In this document: one piece after another, positions 48,107-56,759 of the stretch
How positions within the stretch are numbered: position 1 is the first letter of the stretch
Layout of the letters: each line of letters opens with the position of its first letter
DNA from: Woeseiaceae bacterium
Lineage (GTDB): Bacteria > Pseudomonadota > Gammaproteobacteria > Steroidobacterales > Woeseiaceae
Assembly: GCA_021773035.1 (NCBI GenBank)
Contig: JAJFKU010000052.1
Span: 8,040-72,039, forward strand
Length of the DNA: 64,000 nucleotides
Reading direction: 5' to 3'
The notes under the pieces: model-generated
The model's input: the letters and a program-made list of their open reading frames with translations, nothing else
Database searches by the model: none
What the model was told of the DNA's origin: nothing
Translations under genes and position numbers: made by a program

Positions 48107-49411
48107 ATGACAACCGCGCAAGACGGGATCATAGCGAGAGCCGTAAAAACGCTTTCCGAAGTAGAACCGAACGAACTGAAGGCAACCCTGGTTTCAACGG
48201 CGTTCGCCTTCATTCTGATGGCATCGTATTACATTCTGCGCCCCGTCCGGGATGCCATGGCAAGTGACTGGAGCGACTCGGAAGTCAGCTTTCTGTGGAC
48301 GCTCAATTTTTTTATCAGCGCGGTTATCGTCGCGGTTTACGGTTTCGCCGTATCGCGCACGAAATTGCGCAACATCGTTCCGGCAGTCTATGGTTTTTTT
48401 GCACTGTCGTTCATCGGCTTCTACTTCGGCATCACCCTGCTTAACGACAGGGTGCTGGTCGACAAGGCCTTCTATCTCTGGGTCAGCGTGTTCGCCCTGT
48501 TCAACACGTCGGTTTTCTGGACCCTGATGGCCGATACTTTCAGCAGGGGACAGGCAAAGCGCCTCTTTGCCATCATTGCCGCGGGAGCGAGCGCGGGTGT
48601 ACTGATCGGCCCGGCGATTCCGGCATTGTTTGCCGATGTGCTCGGTGTCGATACCTTAATGCTGATGGCATCGATCGTTCTGATGCTGGTGGTTCCGCTG
48701 GTGTTTTACCTCTACTACCTGAAAGCTTCCGAGTTAGGGAATGCAGATCTGCAGGCGGACACTTCCGAGGCGGCGATGGGCGGTAATTGGTGGCAGGGCT
48801 TCCAGTCGTTTGCAACCAATCCCTATTTACTCGCGATCGCGGCCTTTATTCTGCTGTATGTATTCATCGGGTCGTTCGTTTATTTTGAGCAAAAGAACCT
48901 GCTGGCCGATTTTTCGCGTGCGGAGCGTACGCAGATCCTCGGTAGCATCGACTGGCTGGTCAACCTGCTTACCTTCGGTATGGCGTTCTTCGTCACCGGA
49001 AGAATTGTCGGCAAGCTTGGCATGCCGGTCGCGTTGGCATTGATGCCCGTCCTGATCTGCGGCGGCCTGTTGATTTTAGCGTTCGCCCCGATCCTGACGG
49101 TGCTGTTGGCGCTGCAGGTGTTCCGGCGCGGCGGCAACTACGGACTCACACGGCCGGCGCGGGAGATGTTGTATACCAAAGTCACGCGGGAAGAGCGCTT
49201 CAAGGCGAAGCCGGTTATCGATATTGTGGTCTATCGCGGCGGGGATGCGGTCAGCGCCGAGTTGTTTGCGTTCCTGACCGAGGGGATCGGCCTTGGTCTT
49301 GCTGCCGTGGCTGTCGTAGGATCGGCAATAGCCGCTATCTGGGCCGGGGTCGGTATGTGGCTGGGTAAGCGATTTGACGGGCGCAAACTTTCGGGGGATA
49401 GCAATGAATAA
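48107..49411 (+). CDS. Multi-pass transporter, MFS/TLC (ATP:ADP antiporter-like) family
   Basis: About 11-12 TM helices. The N-terminal LKATLVSTAFAFILMASYYILRPVRDAM resembles the TLC/Npt family N-terminus (Y.ILR..KD). Confidence 0.7.
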   Translation: MTTAQDGIIARAVKTLSEVEPNELKATLVSTAFAFILMASYYILRPVRDAMASDWSDSEVSFLWTLNFFISAVIVAVYGFAVSRTKLRNIVPAVYGFFALSFIGFYFGITLLNDRVLVDKAFYLWVSVFALFNTSVFWTLMADTFSRGQAKRLFAIIAAGASAGVLIGPAIPALFADVLGVDTLMLMASIVLMLVVPLVFYLYYLKASELGNADLQADTSEAAMGGNWWQGFQSFATNPYLLAIAAFILLYVFIGSFVYFEQKNLLADFSRAERTQILGSIDWLVNLLTFGMAFFVTGRIVGKLGMPVALALMPVLICGGLLILAFAPILTVLLALQVFRRGGNYGLTRPAREMLYTKVTREERFKAKPVIDIVVYRGGDAVSAELFAFLTEGIGLGLAAVAVVGSAIAAIWAGVGMWLGKRFDGRKLSGDSNE

Positions 49412-51032
49412 ACCTTGGTTCGATCAGTACGATTCCTGGGTGCCGCAGGAAATCGATGCGGATAGTTACAGCAGTGTCGTCGAAATGATGCTGGAAGCCG
49501 GCGAACGTTTTCAGGATCGCGTCGCCTTCAGTAGTTTCGGCGCGACCATAAGCTATGCCGAGGTGCTGTCCCTGTCTCGCGATTTCGCGGCCTATCTGCA
49601 AAACGAGCTGGGAGTTCGCAAAGGCGACCGCGTTGCCCTGATGGCACCGAATATGATGGCGTTTCCGATCGCGATGCTCGGTATTCTTCGAGCCGGCGGC
49701 GTTCAGGTCAACGTGAATCCGATGTACACCGAGCGGGAGCTTGAGCATCAGCTGAACGATGCCGACGTCGAGACTATTGTCGCTTTCTCGGGTTCGACAG
49801 TAACGCTGGCCGACGTTATTGAACACACGAGTATCAAGAACATCATCGTTGCCGATCTGGATGACCTGCTCGATATTGAATTACCGTCACCGCCCGTGCA
49901 CGACGACCTGAAGAGCTTTGTCGCATTTACCGATGCGATCGCGGCCGGCAGCGACATGGAGCTTTCCGATGTGGATTTGGTCGGTGACGATCTGATCTAT
50001 CTGCAATACACGGGTGGCACGACCGGCCTTTCGAAGGGCGCCATGCTGACGCACCGAAACCTGATCGCCAATGTCTTACAGTTCGAGAGCTTCGCGGGCG
50101 ACTATATCAAGCACGGTGAAGACGTCGTCATGACGGCTATTCCGATGTATCACATCTTCGCCCTGATGGTGAATACGCTGTCTTACTTCAAATTCGGCGG
50201 CACCAACGTCCTGATTACCGACCCTCGCAAGATGCCGGCGTTCGTGGCGGAGTGGTCGAAATGGAAAGTGTCGGTATTTACAGGAGTGAATACGCTCTAC
50301 AACGGCTTGCTGCATACACCCGGATTCTCCGAGCTCGACTTTTCGAGCCTCGGCTTCAGCATGGGCGGCGGTGCGCCGGTGCAAAAAGCGGTGTCGGATA
50401 AATGGAAGGAAGTGACCGGCAAGCACATCAAAGAAGGTTACGGCCTGTCCGAGACGTCACCGGTACTCACTGTCAACCCGTTCGGTATGCATGACTTCAA
50501 AAGCAGCATCGGCGTTCCTGTACCGTCTACCGATATTTCGCTGCGCGATGACGATGGCAATGAGGTTGCGCAGGGCGAGCGTGGCGAATTGTGTGCCAAG
50601 GGACCGCAGGTTATGAAGGGTTATTGGCGGCGCGACGATGCCACCGCCGAATCGATGACAGACGACGGTTATTTTTGCACCGGCGATATCGCGATCATGG
50701 ACGAAACCGGTTTCTTTCGTATCGTCGATCGTAAGAAAGACATGATCCTGGTGTCTGGATTCAACGTCTTTCCGAACGAAATCGAGGCGGAAGTCGCCGC
50801 GATGGATGGTGTTCTTGAGTGCGCCTGTATTGGTGTGCCGGATGAAAAATCCGGTGAAGCGGTGAAGGTCTTTATCGTGAAGTCCGATGAGTCACTGACG
50901 CGTGAGGATGTTCGTGCGCATTGCAAGGAGCGCCTGACCGGCTACAAGGTGCCGGACCATATCGTCTTCATCGATGAGCTGCCGAAGTCGACGGTTGGTA
51001 AAATACTGCGACGGGAGCTTAGAGACTACTAA
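49404..51032 (+). CDS. fadD: Long-chain-fatty-acid--CoA ligase
   Basis: AMP-binding signature (LQYTGGTTGLSKGAMLTHRNL), GYGLSETSP, TGDIAIMDETGFFRIVDRKKDMI and C-terminal GKILRREL. The ATG at 49404 overlaps the upstream stop. Confidence 0.92.
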   Translation: MNKPWFDQYDSWVPQEIDADSYSSVVEMMLEAGERFQDRVAFSSFGATISYAEVLSLSRDFAAYLQNELGVRKGDRVALMAPNMMAFPIAMLGILRAGGVQVNVNPMYTERELEHQLNDADVETIVAFSGSTVTLADVIEHTSIKNIIVADLDDLLDIELPSPPVHDDLKSFVAFTDAIAAGSDMELSDVDLVGDDLIYLQYTGGTTGLSKGAMLTHRNLIANVLQFESFAGDYIKHGEDVVMTAIPMYHIFALMVNTLSYFKFGGTNVLITDPRKMPAFVAEWSKWKVSVFTGVNTLYNGLLHTPGFSELDFSSLGFSMGGGAPVQKAVSDKWKEVTGKHIKEGYGLSETSPVLTVNPFGMHDFKSSIGVPVPSTDISLRDDDGNEVAQGERGELCAKGPQVMKGYWRRDDATAESMTDDGYFCTGDIAIMDETGFFRIVDRKKDMILVSGFNVFPNEIEAEVAAMDGVLECACIGVPDEKSGEAVKVFIVKSDESLTREDVRAHCKERLTGYKVPDHIVFIDELPKSTVGKILRRELRDY

Positions 51033-51081
51033 GACTCCCGCCGCAGCGCCTGCTTACAGCGAAACGGTTGCGACCGGTTGC

Positions 51082-53142
51082 CTAGAAGTGATAGCTGATG
51101 CCGACCTTGAGTGTTCGCTCAGCACCGTAAAGCCGTGTCCCAACGGCGATATCGGAACCCATGGCGCGATTGATACCGGCCAGATGGTCCTGATACGTGG
51201 TATCGAACAGATTTTCGACATGGGCTTCGAGCTGAACCGAGGAGGCAGGCGACCAGGAAAACCCGAGGTTAAATATTTCGTATGCTTCGGTCTGCTGTTC
51301 TGCATTGAACGCAGAAACGTCTTTCTGGCTGGCATAGGCAACAAAGCGCGTGTTCAGCGACCAGGTATCGGCGTTGTAAACCAGGCCCAGGCTGCCGTTA
51401 AAGGGCGCAAGCCGGTAGAGGTTGTCCGAAACATCCGTGCGGCGTCCTCGCGAGTAGTTCGCGATACCGTCCAGCTTCAGTCGCTCGGAAATGTCGAAAG
51501 TCCAGGCCACGTCCACGCCCCAGATGTCGGCATCGGTGTTTGCGAACTGTAGTGCGGGCTGCCCGGTCATCATGGTCGAAACCATGTTGGCCATTGCATT
51601 AGTGGCGGGAACGCCCTGTATGAAACCATCGATCCGTTTGAAATAGATCTGCGGCGCCAGGTTGAAGCGCCCGATCGAGGCAAACAAGCCGATGTTCACT
51701 TCGTGCGCCTTCTCGGAATCGAGCGTCAGGTCGCCGATGTACGTCCGTCCATCGGCCAGCCCGCCGGTTGCCTGCAGTGGTAACCATAAATACAGCTCCT
51801 GGTAAGACGGTGCTCGTGATTTTTGTCCGAGTTCGAATTGCCATTCAAGTTCACTGCTGGTCCGGTAACTGTATTTGACGACAGCATCGATATCGTCGAA
51901 ATCCAGGTCGCGTGTGGCGGCGTTGAACATCGTGGCCAGGTTCTGCGGCCCGGCATTCATCATTCCGCTTACCCCGACATCGCCGGCGTCGCTGCTTACG
52001 CGTTTGAACCTGAGCCCGAGTTCGATATCTGACGATTGCCCCTCGAGTGTCCACTCGCCAAATGCGCTGATGAGGTCTCTCTGCACGTCCGAGAAGTTGA
52101 TGACCCGGAACGCTGCATTGTTGGGATTGGTGATGATCGAATCATGTTCGGCGAAAACCCCGTCAAGACCGACCTTCAGCGATGACGACTCCAGATCGAC
52201 GGTCCCGGCCAGGGTCAGTGTTTCACCGCTGCCCGTGGCTCTATTCTGGCGATACATCATCGGCATGGGTGCCTGGCGATAGGAGAAGTTGTCCATTAGA
52301 TGGTCAACGTCGTTTACCGAGAGGCGACCCTCGATTGTCAGCGCTGGCGATAGCGCGTACTGGAAATGGCCACCGGCGAGGTCGGTCTCGATGAAAAGAA
52401 TGTCCATCGGTAGCGCCGGGGTTCCGGAATCCACCGTGTCCAGCCTTCCTGCGAAAACTACGAGATGATTGTCACCGGCGGCATACGCGTAGCTCAAATC
52501 GTAGCGCTTCCGGTCAACTCCCGAAGGGCGGATAGTTCCGGCTGGCGTCTCTATATCGGAACCGGAATCCACCTCCGAGATTGCAGAGATACGATGGGAC
52601 TGATTGGACAAAGTCAGCCGGCCGGCGGACGTCCCGACGTCTCCATTCTGCGAATAGCGTGAGCCGAGAAACCCGGACAGCTCGAAGTCGCTAGCAGCGA
52701 ATTCGCCACGCGCCATGCTGGTTCTGATGTGACCGCCGATGGACTCAGCGGCCGAAGTGACGCTCGCAATGCCGCGCTCGACTTGCAGCGATTCCGTAAT
52801 CATCGGTGAGACGTAGCTAATCGGCGCGTCCATCGCGTTCGGACCACCGGAGACGATTGCGTGGTTGTCGATCGTGATTGCTACACGGTCGCCAAACATG
52901 CCGCGGTATTGAGCGATACCGGTAATCGGACCGTTGCTATTGACGTTTGCGCCGGGCAGGTTCTTGAGCGCAGCCGCGGTGTCGACGAGTAACTCTTGCT
53001 CGACGTTGATATCTAGTGCGCGCGTCGTGACGGAATGTCCGGCGACGATGATTTCGTCAATCGTTTCCTTCGATTCTTCGGCCGACACGCCGATAGGGCA
53101 GACAACGAGCAGCGCGACCGCTGCTTTCATTGGCAGTTTCAT
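51082..53142 (-). CDS. TonB-dependent receptor (metal, possibly copper, by context)
   Basis: Signal peptide, plug (DEIIVAGHSVTTRALD), barrel and terminal ...GISYHF. Lies downstream of a DUF2946-like His-rich gene. Confidence 0.88.
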   Translation of the reverse strand: MKLPMKAAVALLVVCPIGVSAEESKETIDEIIVAGHSVTTRALDINVEQELLVDTAAALKNLPGANVNSNGPITGIAQYRGMFGDRVAITIDNHAIVSGGPNAMDAPISYVSPMITESLQVERGIASVTSAAESIGGHIRTSMARGEFAASDFELSGFLGSRYSQNGDVGTSAGRLTLSNQSHRISAISEVDSGSDIETPAGTIRPSGVDRKRYDLSYAYAAGDNHLVVFAGRLDTVDSGTPALPMDILFIETDLAGGHFQYALSPALTIEGRLSVNDVDHLMDNFSYRQAPMPMMYRQNRATGSGETLTLAGTVDLESSSLKVGLDGVFAEHDSIITNPNNAAFRVINFSDVQRDLISAFGEWTLEGQSSDIELGLRFKRVSSDAGDVGVSGMMNAGPQNLATMFNAATRDLDFDDIDAVVKYSYRTSSELEWQFELGQKSRAPSYQELYLWLPLQATGGLADGRTYIGDLTLDSEKAHEVNIGLFASIGRFNLAPQIYFKRIDGFIQGVPATNAMANMVSTMMTGQPALQFANTDADIWGVDVAWTFDISERLKLDGIANYSRGRRTDVSDNLYRLAPFNGSLGLVYNADTWSLNTRFVAYASQKDVSAFNAEQQTEAYEIFNLGFSWSPASSVQLEAHVENLFDTTYQDHLAGINRAMGSDIAVGTRLYGAERTLKVGISYHF

Positions 53143-53210
53143 TATTGGATCTCCTGAACAAACAGTATGCGGTGCAGCAGGCGCTGCACCTGTCTTTGTT
53201 TAACGTCCGT

Positions 53211-53612
53211 TCAGGCAGGCGGGGCGCGGGATCGATAGGCGGATGGGACGGTGCCGGGTGTTGCTACGACAATGGGGAGTATGGGTTGCTGAGTTATTGC
53301 TGTTGCGCTGACGATGCCGTCACCGTCATCGGTGGGCATTGCGGAAAACAGCAGATGACCGAACTGGCACAGGTCGGCTCCGGCCGCAGCTTGCAAACTG
53401 TCGCCGTCGTTATGGTGGTGATGATGCTCGTGGGCTGAACTGTCGGCGCCCGGCAATACGTATCCCGGCGGCAGCTGGTCCGGACATAGCTCGAACAACA
53501 GTCCGCTGCCGGCACTGGCCGGCATGTAGCCAAGCGGTGTTACGGCACGCAGTGCCAGCCCAAACAACAGGGTTGGCAACAGCAGGTATCTGTAGACAGG
53601 CCGTAACATCAC
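53211..53612 (-). CDS. DUF2946-like His-rich small secreted/membrane protein
   Basis: N-terminal TM/signal, LFELCPDQ..., a HEHHHHHNDGD run and LCQFGHLL. DUF2946 proteins typically precede TonB-dependent copper receptors. Confidence 0.65.
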   Translation of the reverse strand: MMLRPVYRYLLLPTLLFGLALRAVTPLGYMPASAGSGLLFELCPDQLPPGYVLPGADSSAHEHHHHHNDGDSLQAAAGADLCQFGHLLFSAMPTDDGDGIVSATAITQQPILPIVVATPGTVPSAYRSRAPPA

Positions 53613-53733
53613 ATCGTGAAGGATACCGGTTCGACCTGGCTACGGGAAATAGGTGAAAACCGGGTCCTTATGGGGTCTTGGCGCCAGAATTCAAAAAGGG
53701 CTCTGACCTGTTTTTGTTTTGCGCGTAGTGCGG

Positions 53734-54309
53734 CTAGTAGGTGGATTGCTCGAGAAAGGCGGCCAGATCGGACTTTGCCGACGCCTGTTTGTCCCAGGGC
53801 TCATACGACTCTGGCCGGGTCCCGGTCGTCTGCACGCGTACTTCCGTAGCGGCAGCAACGAGCCGGAGCTGATCGATGGTCACCTCGTAATAGGCATCGG
53901 CCGCTGACGCGACAGGCTGAGTATACACGCGCTCGCTGGCGCCAATAGCATCGGCGGTCCAGCCGGATACCTGCAGCGGCAATGGCTCACCATCGGCGTA
54001 AATGACGATGGACTGGAAGCCATCACGCAGTGCCGGCGACTCCGCTGCGACCATCGTGTTCCAGATGCCCAGCCACAGGTAGTAGCGATAGTCGCCCATG
54101 CGGTTGATCTCCAGTGGGCCCAGATACAGATAGTCTCTCGCGAATGCCGCTCTGCCGGATTCGTCACGGTAGAAAACAAGAGGTGTCTGGCTATAGGTGA
54201 TGGTTACCGCGGTCGCCGGATCGAGCTTATTTCTGGTAATGCCGCCATCGTTCGCGCAGCCGCTCAGAAGCAGCGCAATTGCCGCAGCGTTAACGGCGGC
54301 GATTCTCAA
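53734..54309 (-). CDS. Lipoprotein, last gene of the multiheme cytochrome operon
   Basis: Lipobox (IALLLSGCANDG). The TTG start overlaps the upstream TGA (TTGA). No family recognised. Confidence 0.7.
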   Translation of the reverse strand: MRIAAVNAAAIALLLSGCANDGGITRNKLDPATAVTITYSQTPLVFYRDESGRAAFARDYLYLGPLEINRMGDYRYYLWLGIWNTMVAAESPALRDGFQSIVIYADGEPLPLQVSGWTADAIGASERVYTQPVASAADAYYEVTIDQLRLVAAATEVRVQTTGTRPESYEPWDKQASAKSDLAAFLEQSTY

Positions 54310-56759
54310 AAGAACACCTGGTAGCCGAGGTTGATGAAATGGGATTCACGATCCAGATCGTTCCCCTGTATTTCCTGCTGTGAAAACTGTTTTCCCGTTT
54401 CGAGGTCTATGCGGAATTTCTGGCTACGACGGTATTGTAGGCGAAAACCTGGTGTGTAAAGCCATTCATAGCCTGAGTTGCCCAACCGTTCCCGGCGATC
54501 AACGCGCAGTCTCGGGTTGATACGCCAGGATTTCCCGAAAGGAAAGCGGCTGTCGAAAGACAGCGATGCTACTCGAGAGGTATCAGAGTTTGAATAACGC
54601 ACGGTAATGATCGACACATCGCCTTCTTTCAAAAGGCTGCTGGCAACGATGCTGCCCGAGTAGTAGTTGTAGGAAGTTGCCGGAGTATCGAGCACGCCAC
54701 CCGATGCCGGCGTGCCGTCCGTCGTCGATTGGGTCATGTCTGCATTGATCTGCAATTTGGGTGACAGGGGGTAGGACATGCCTATCGTATAAGATGTCGA
54801 TTGTGCAGTACGATCCTGGCCGAGCTGCCGCAGTTCATGCTCGCTGAAAATCGCTGTGAGTTCTGTGAACGACACGACCGGTTGACCGATCATCGCGTTC
54901 CCCGCGCTCAAGAACGGGTTTCCGCGCCGGTCGACAAGCGCATGAATGGAAAGGCGGGAATCGAAACGCCAGCTGCCTTGCAGGAAAGCACTGGCAAGTT
55001 CGCCAAAACCCAGATCGTAGTCAATTTGCGCCCAGAGGTTGCGATTCGTACCAAAGTAACGCAGTTCGCCGCCGACGGCCCGGCGGTCCTGAATACCCTC
55101 AATATTCTGCTCTATAAAGAACAAACCGAGATCGAGTCCGTCGAAAACAGGCCCGTAGTTCAGACTGGCACCGTAAAAAGTTCGTTCGTCATCGATGCTG
55201 TCCGACGACGAGTACGCCGGCTTTCCCGCGACAGCGTTGACGAGGATTCTCTCATTGAGCTCATAGCCGAGGTTCAATCCGTCGAAGCGGCCGAGGACAC
55301 CGCCAGTGTTCCGGGACTGGCGCCCGATTCGACCGCGCAGTCCGGTTACGGCGTCTGCCAGATCGGCGTACGCATACGAGATTCGTGTGCTATTGCCGGA
55401 ACTGGTCGTACTATCCAGAAAATCATTGCGATAACCGGCAGACAGCCGACTGCTGAAGTCAAAGCGGTCACCGCGCCGGCGGGCGTCGAAATTAATGTCG
55501 GAATACAATGCCGATTGACTGATGATTTCTTGCTGATCGTTCTGCTGGTTCGCATCCCGTCGGTAGTATTGCGAGAAGAATGTCTGGATTCGCCAGTCGC
55601 TGCGCTGAGCAGCTCGAGAATTCCCGGCAGCCGGAGATGAGCCCGTCGCACCGCTTTGTCTGCCGCTGGAGAGCAGCGCGGCGAGTCGCTGGCGGACCCG
55701 GTTCGCACCTTCGCTATCGGGGTAGAGTGAGAGATAGCGCTCATACTCTGCTTTTGCGTGTGCGGTTTGCCCTTTCTTTTCTCTCGCCAGGGCCAGGTAT
55801 TCCTGAGCTTCCGCCTGGCGTGGATGCTCCGGTAACTGCAGAATCTTCGTGTAGATTTGTACGGCCCTGGATGTGTCTCCGGCGATCATCGTCTTACGGG
55901 CATCCTCCATCAAAACGTCGATCCTCGAACCCGCGCTGACTCCCTCAGCGACGTCTTCAGTCTGCGTCGTCTGCTTCGACGTAGCGATAGTGGTTGAAAC
56001 TGCGTCGCCGTCCTCCCGGTCAATCCAGGCGCCGGGGAACGTCGCCGTCAGGGCGGCCAGCGCTCTATTGGCAGCGTCGGCCGAAGCGAAGTCGCCGAAC
56101 CGCAGCCGATACCAGGCAATCCCGTCAATGACCACCTCCTTGTAGAAAAGGCGTTGTCCGTCCTCAAGTTGCAGGTCGAGGGCATCAGCCAGCGTCGGCG
56201 TGCGTCGCAACGATGCCAGATTAATCACCCAGTTAACCGTCGCTATCGGCGCTTGCAGAACCTGCCGATGAAGGATGTCCGATTCACGCCCGGTTTCGGC
56301 CTTGCCGGACGACTGCCCGGCCTCCGGCCTGACGTGTACAACAAGTTCAAATGACAGCGCCGCCATATCGATGTCAAATTCGACTGGCTCGCTGAATATC
56401 AGCGTCAATACGGAGCCCGCGGCCGATTCACCATCGTATTCAAGTTCGAGCAGATGAGCGTTGTCCGAATTGAACGGTCGTAGCCGGGTTTTCGATCTGG
56501 CGACGGTTGGCGACACGCCGTTGCAGATGCTGCTCGGTTCGAGGAAAACGCGCAGGCGATCGCCGCCGCCGAGTGGTTCATGTCGCAGGTATTGTGTTTT
56601 GCAGTTGAACCGAACGTGGATGTCGGCATCAGCAGGTTCGCCCGACTCCGCTGTCGAGACTCGCGAACTGCCGATAAAACCGGGGGCGGCAATGGCGAGC
56701 GACGCCATCTGGATGAGTAGCGCACCACCAAACCACAGAGCAAACCGCCGAGCTACCAT
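54306..56759 (-). CDS. Outer-membrane protein: signal peptide + SPOR-like domain + TPR + about 430-aa C-terminal beta-barrel
   Basis: Signal (LWFGGALLIQMASLAIAAPG), SPOR-like stretch (WVINLASLRR...IAWYRLRFGDFASADAANRALAALTATFPGAWI) and TPR (AVQIYTKILQL...EYERYLSLYPDS). The C-terminal half has alternating amphipathic strands and ends ...NLGYQVFF. Confidence 0.8.
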   Translation of the reverse strand: MVARRFALWFGGALLIQMASLAIAAPGFIGSSRVSTAESGEPADADIHVRFNCKTQYLRHEPLGGGDRLRVFLEPSSICNGVSPTVARSKTRLRPFNSDNAHLLELEYDGESAAGSVLTLIFSEPVEFDIDMAALSFELVVHVRPEAGQSSGKAETGRESDILHRQVLQAPIATVNWVINLASLRRTPTLADALDLQLEDGQRLFYKEVVIDGIAWYRLRFGDFASADAANRALAALTATFPGAWIDREDGDAVSTTIATSKQTTQTEDVAEGVSAGSRIDVLMEDARKTMIAGDTSRAVQIYTKILQLPEHPRQAEAQEYLALAREKKGQTAHAKAEYERYLSLYPDSEGANRVRQRLAALLSSGRQSGATGSSPAAGNSRAAQRSDWRIQTFFSQYYRRDANQQNDQQEIISQSALYSDINFDARRRGDRFDFSSRLSAGYRNDFLDSTTSSGNSTRISYAYADLADAVTGLRGRIGRQSRNTGGVLGRFDGLNLGYELNERILVNAVAGKPAYSSSDSIDDERTFYGASLNYGPVFDGLDLGLFFIEQNIEGIQDRRAVGGELRYFGTNRNLWAQIDYDLGFGELASAFLQGSWRFDSRLSIHALVDRRGNPFLSAGNAMIGQPVVSFTELTAIFSEHELRQLGQDRTAQSTSYTIGMSYPLSPKLQINADMTQSTTDGTPASGGVLDTPATSYNYYSGSIVASSLLKEGDVSIITVRYSNSDTSRVASLSFDSRFPFGKSWRINPRLRVDRRERLGNSGYEWLYTPGFRLQYRRSQKFRIDLETGKQFSQQEIQGNDLDRESHFINLGYQVFF

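Noticed and set aside
53440-53470. HEHHHHH run could be read as an engineered His-tag, implying a synthetic or vector sequence
   Set aside because: It is internal to a native-looking secreted protein in a normal chromosomal context, with no vector features nearby. His-rich tracts are common in metal-handling proteins.
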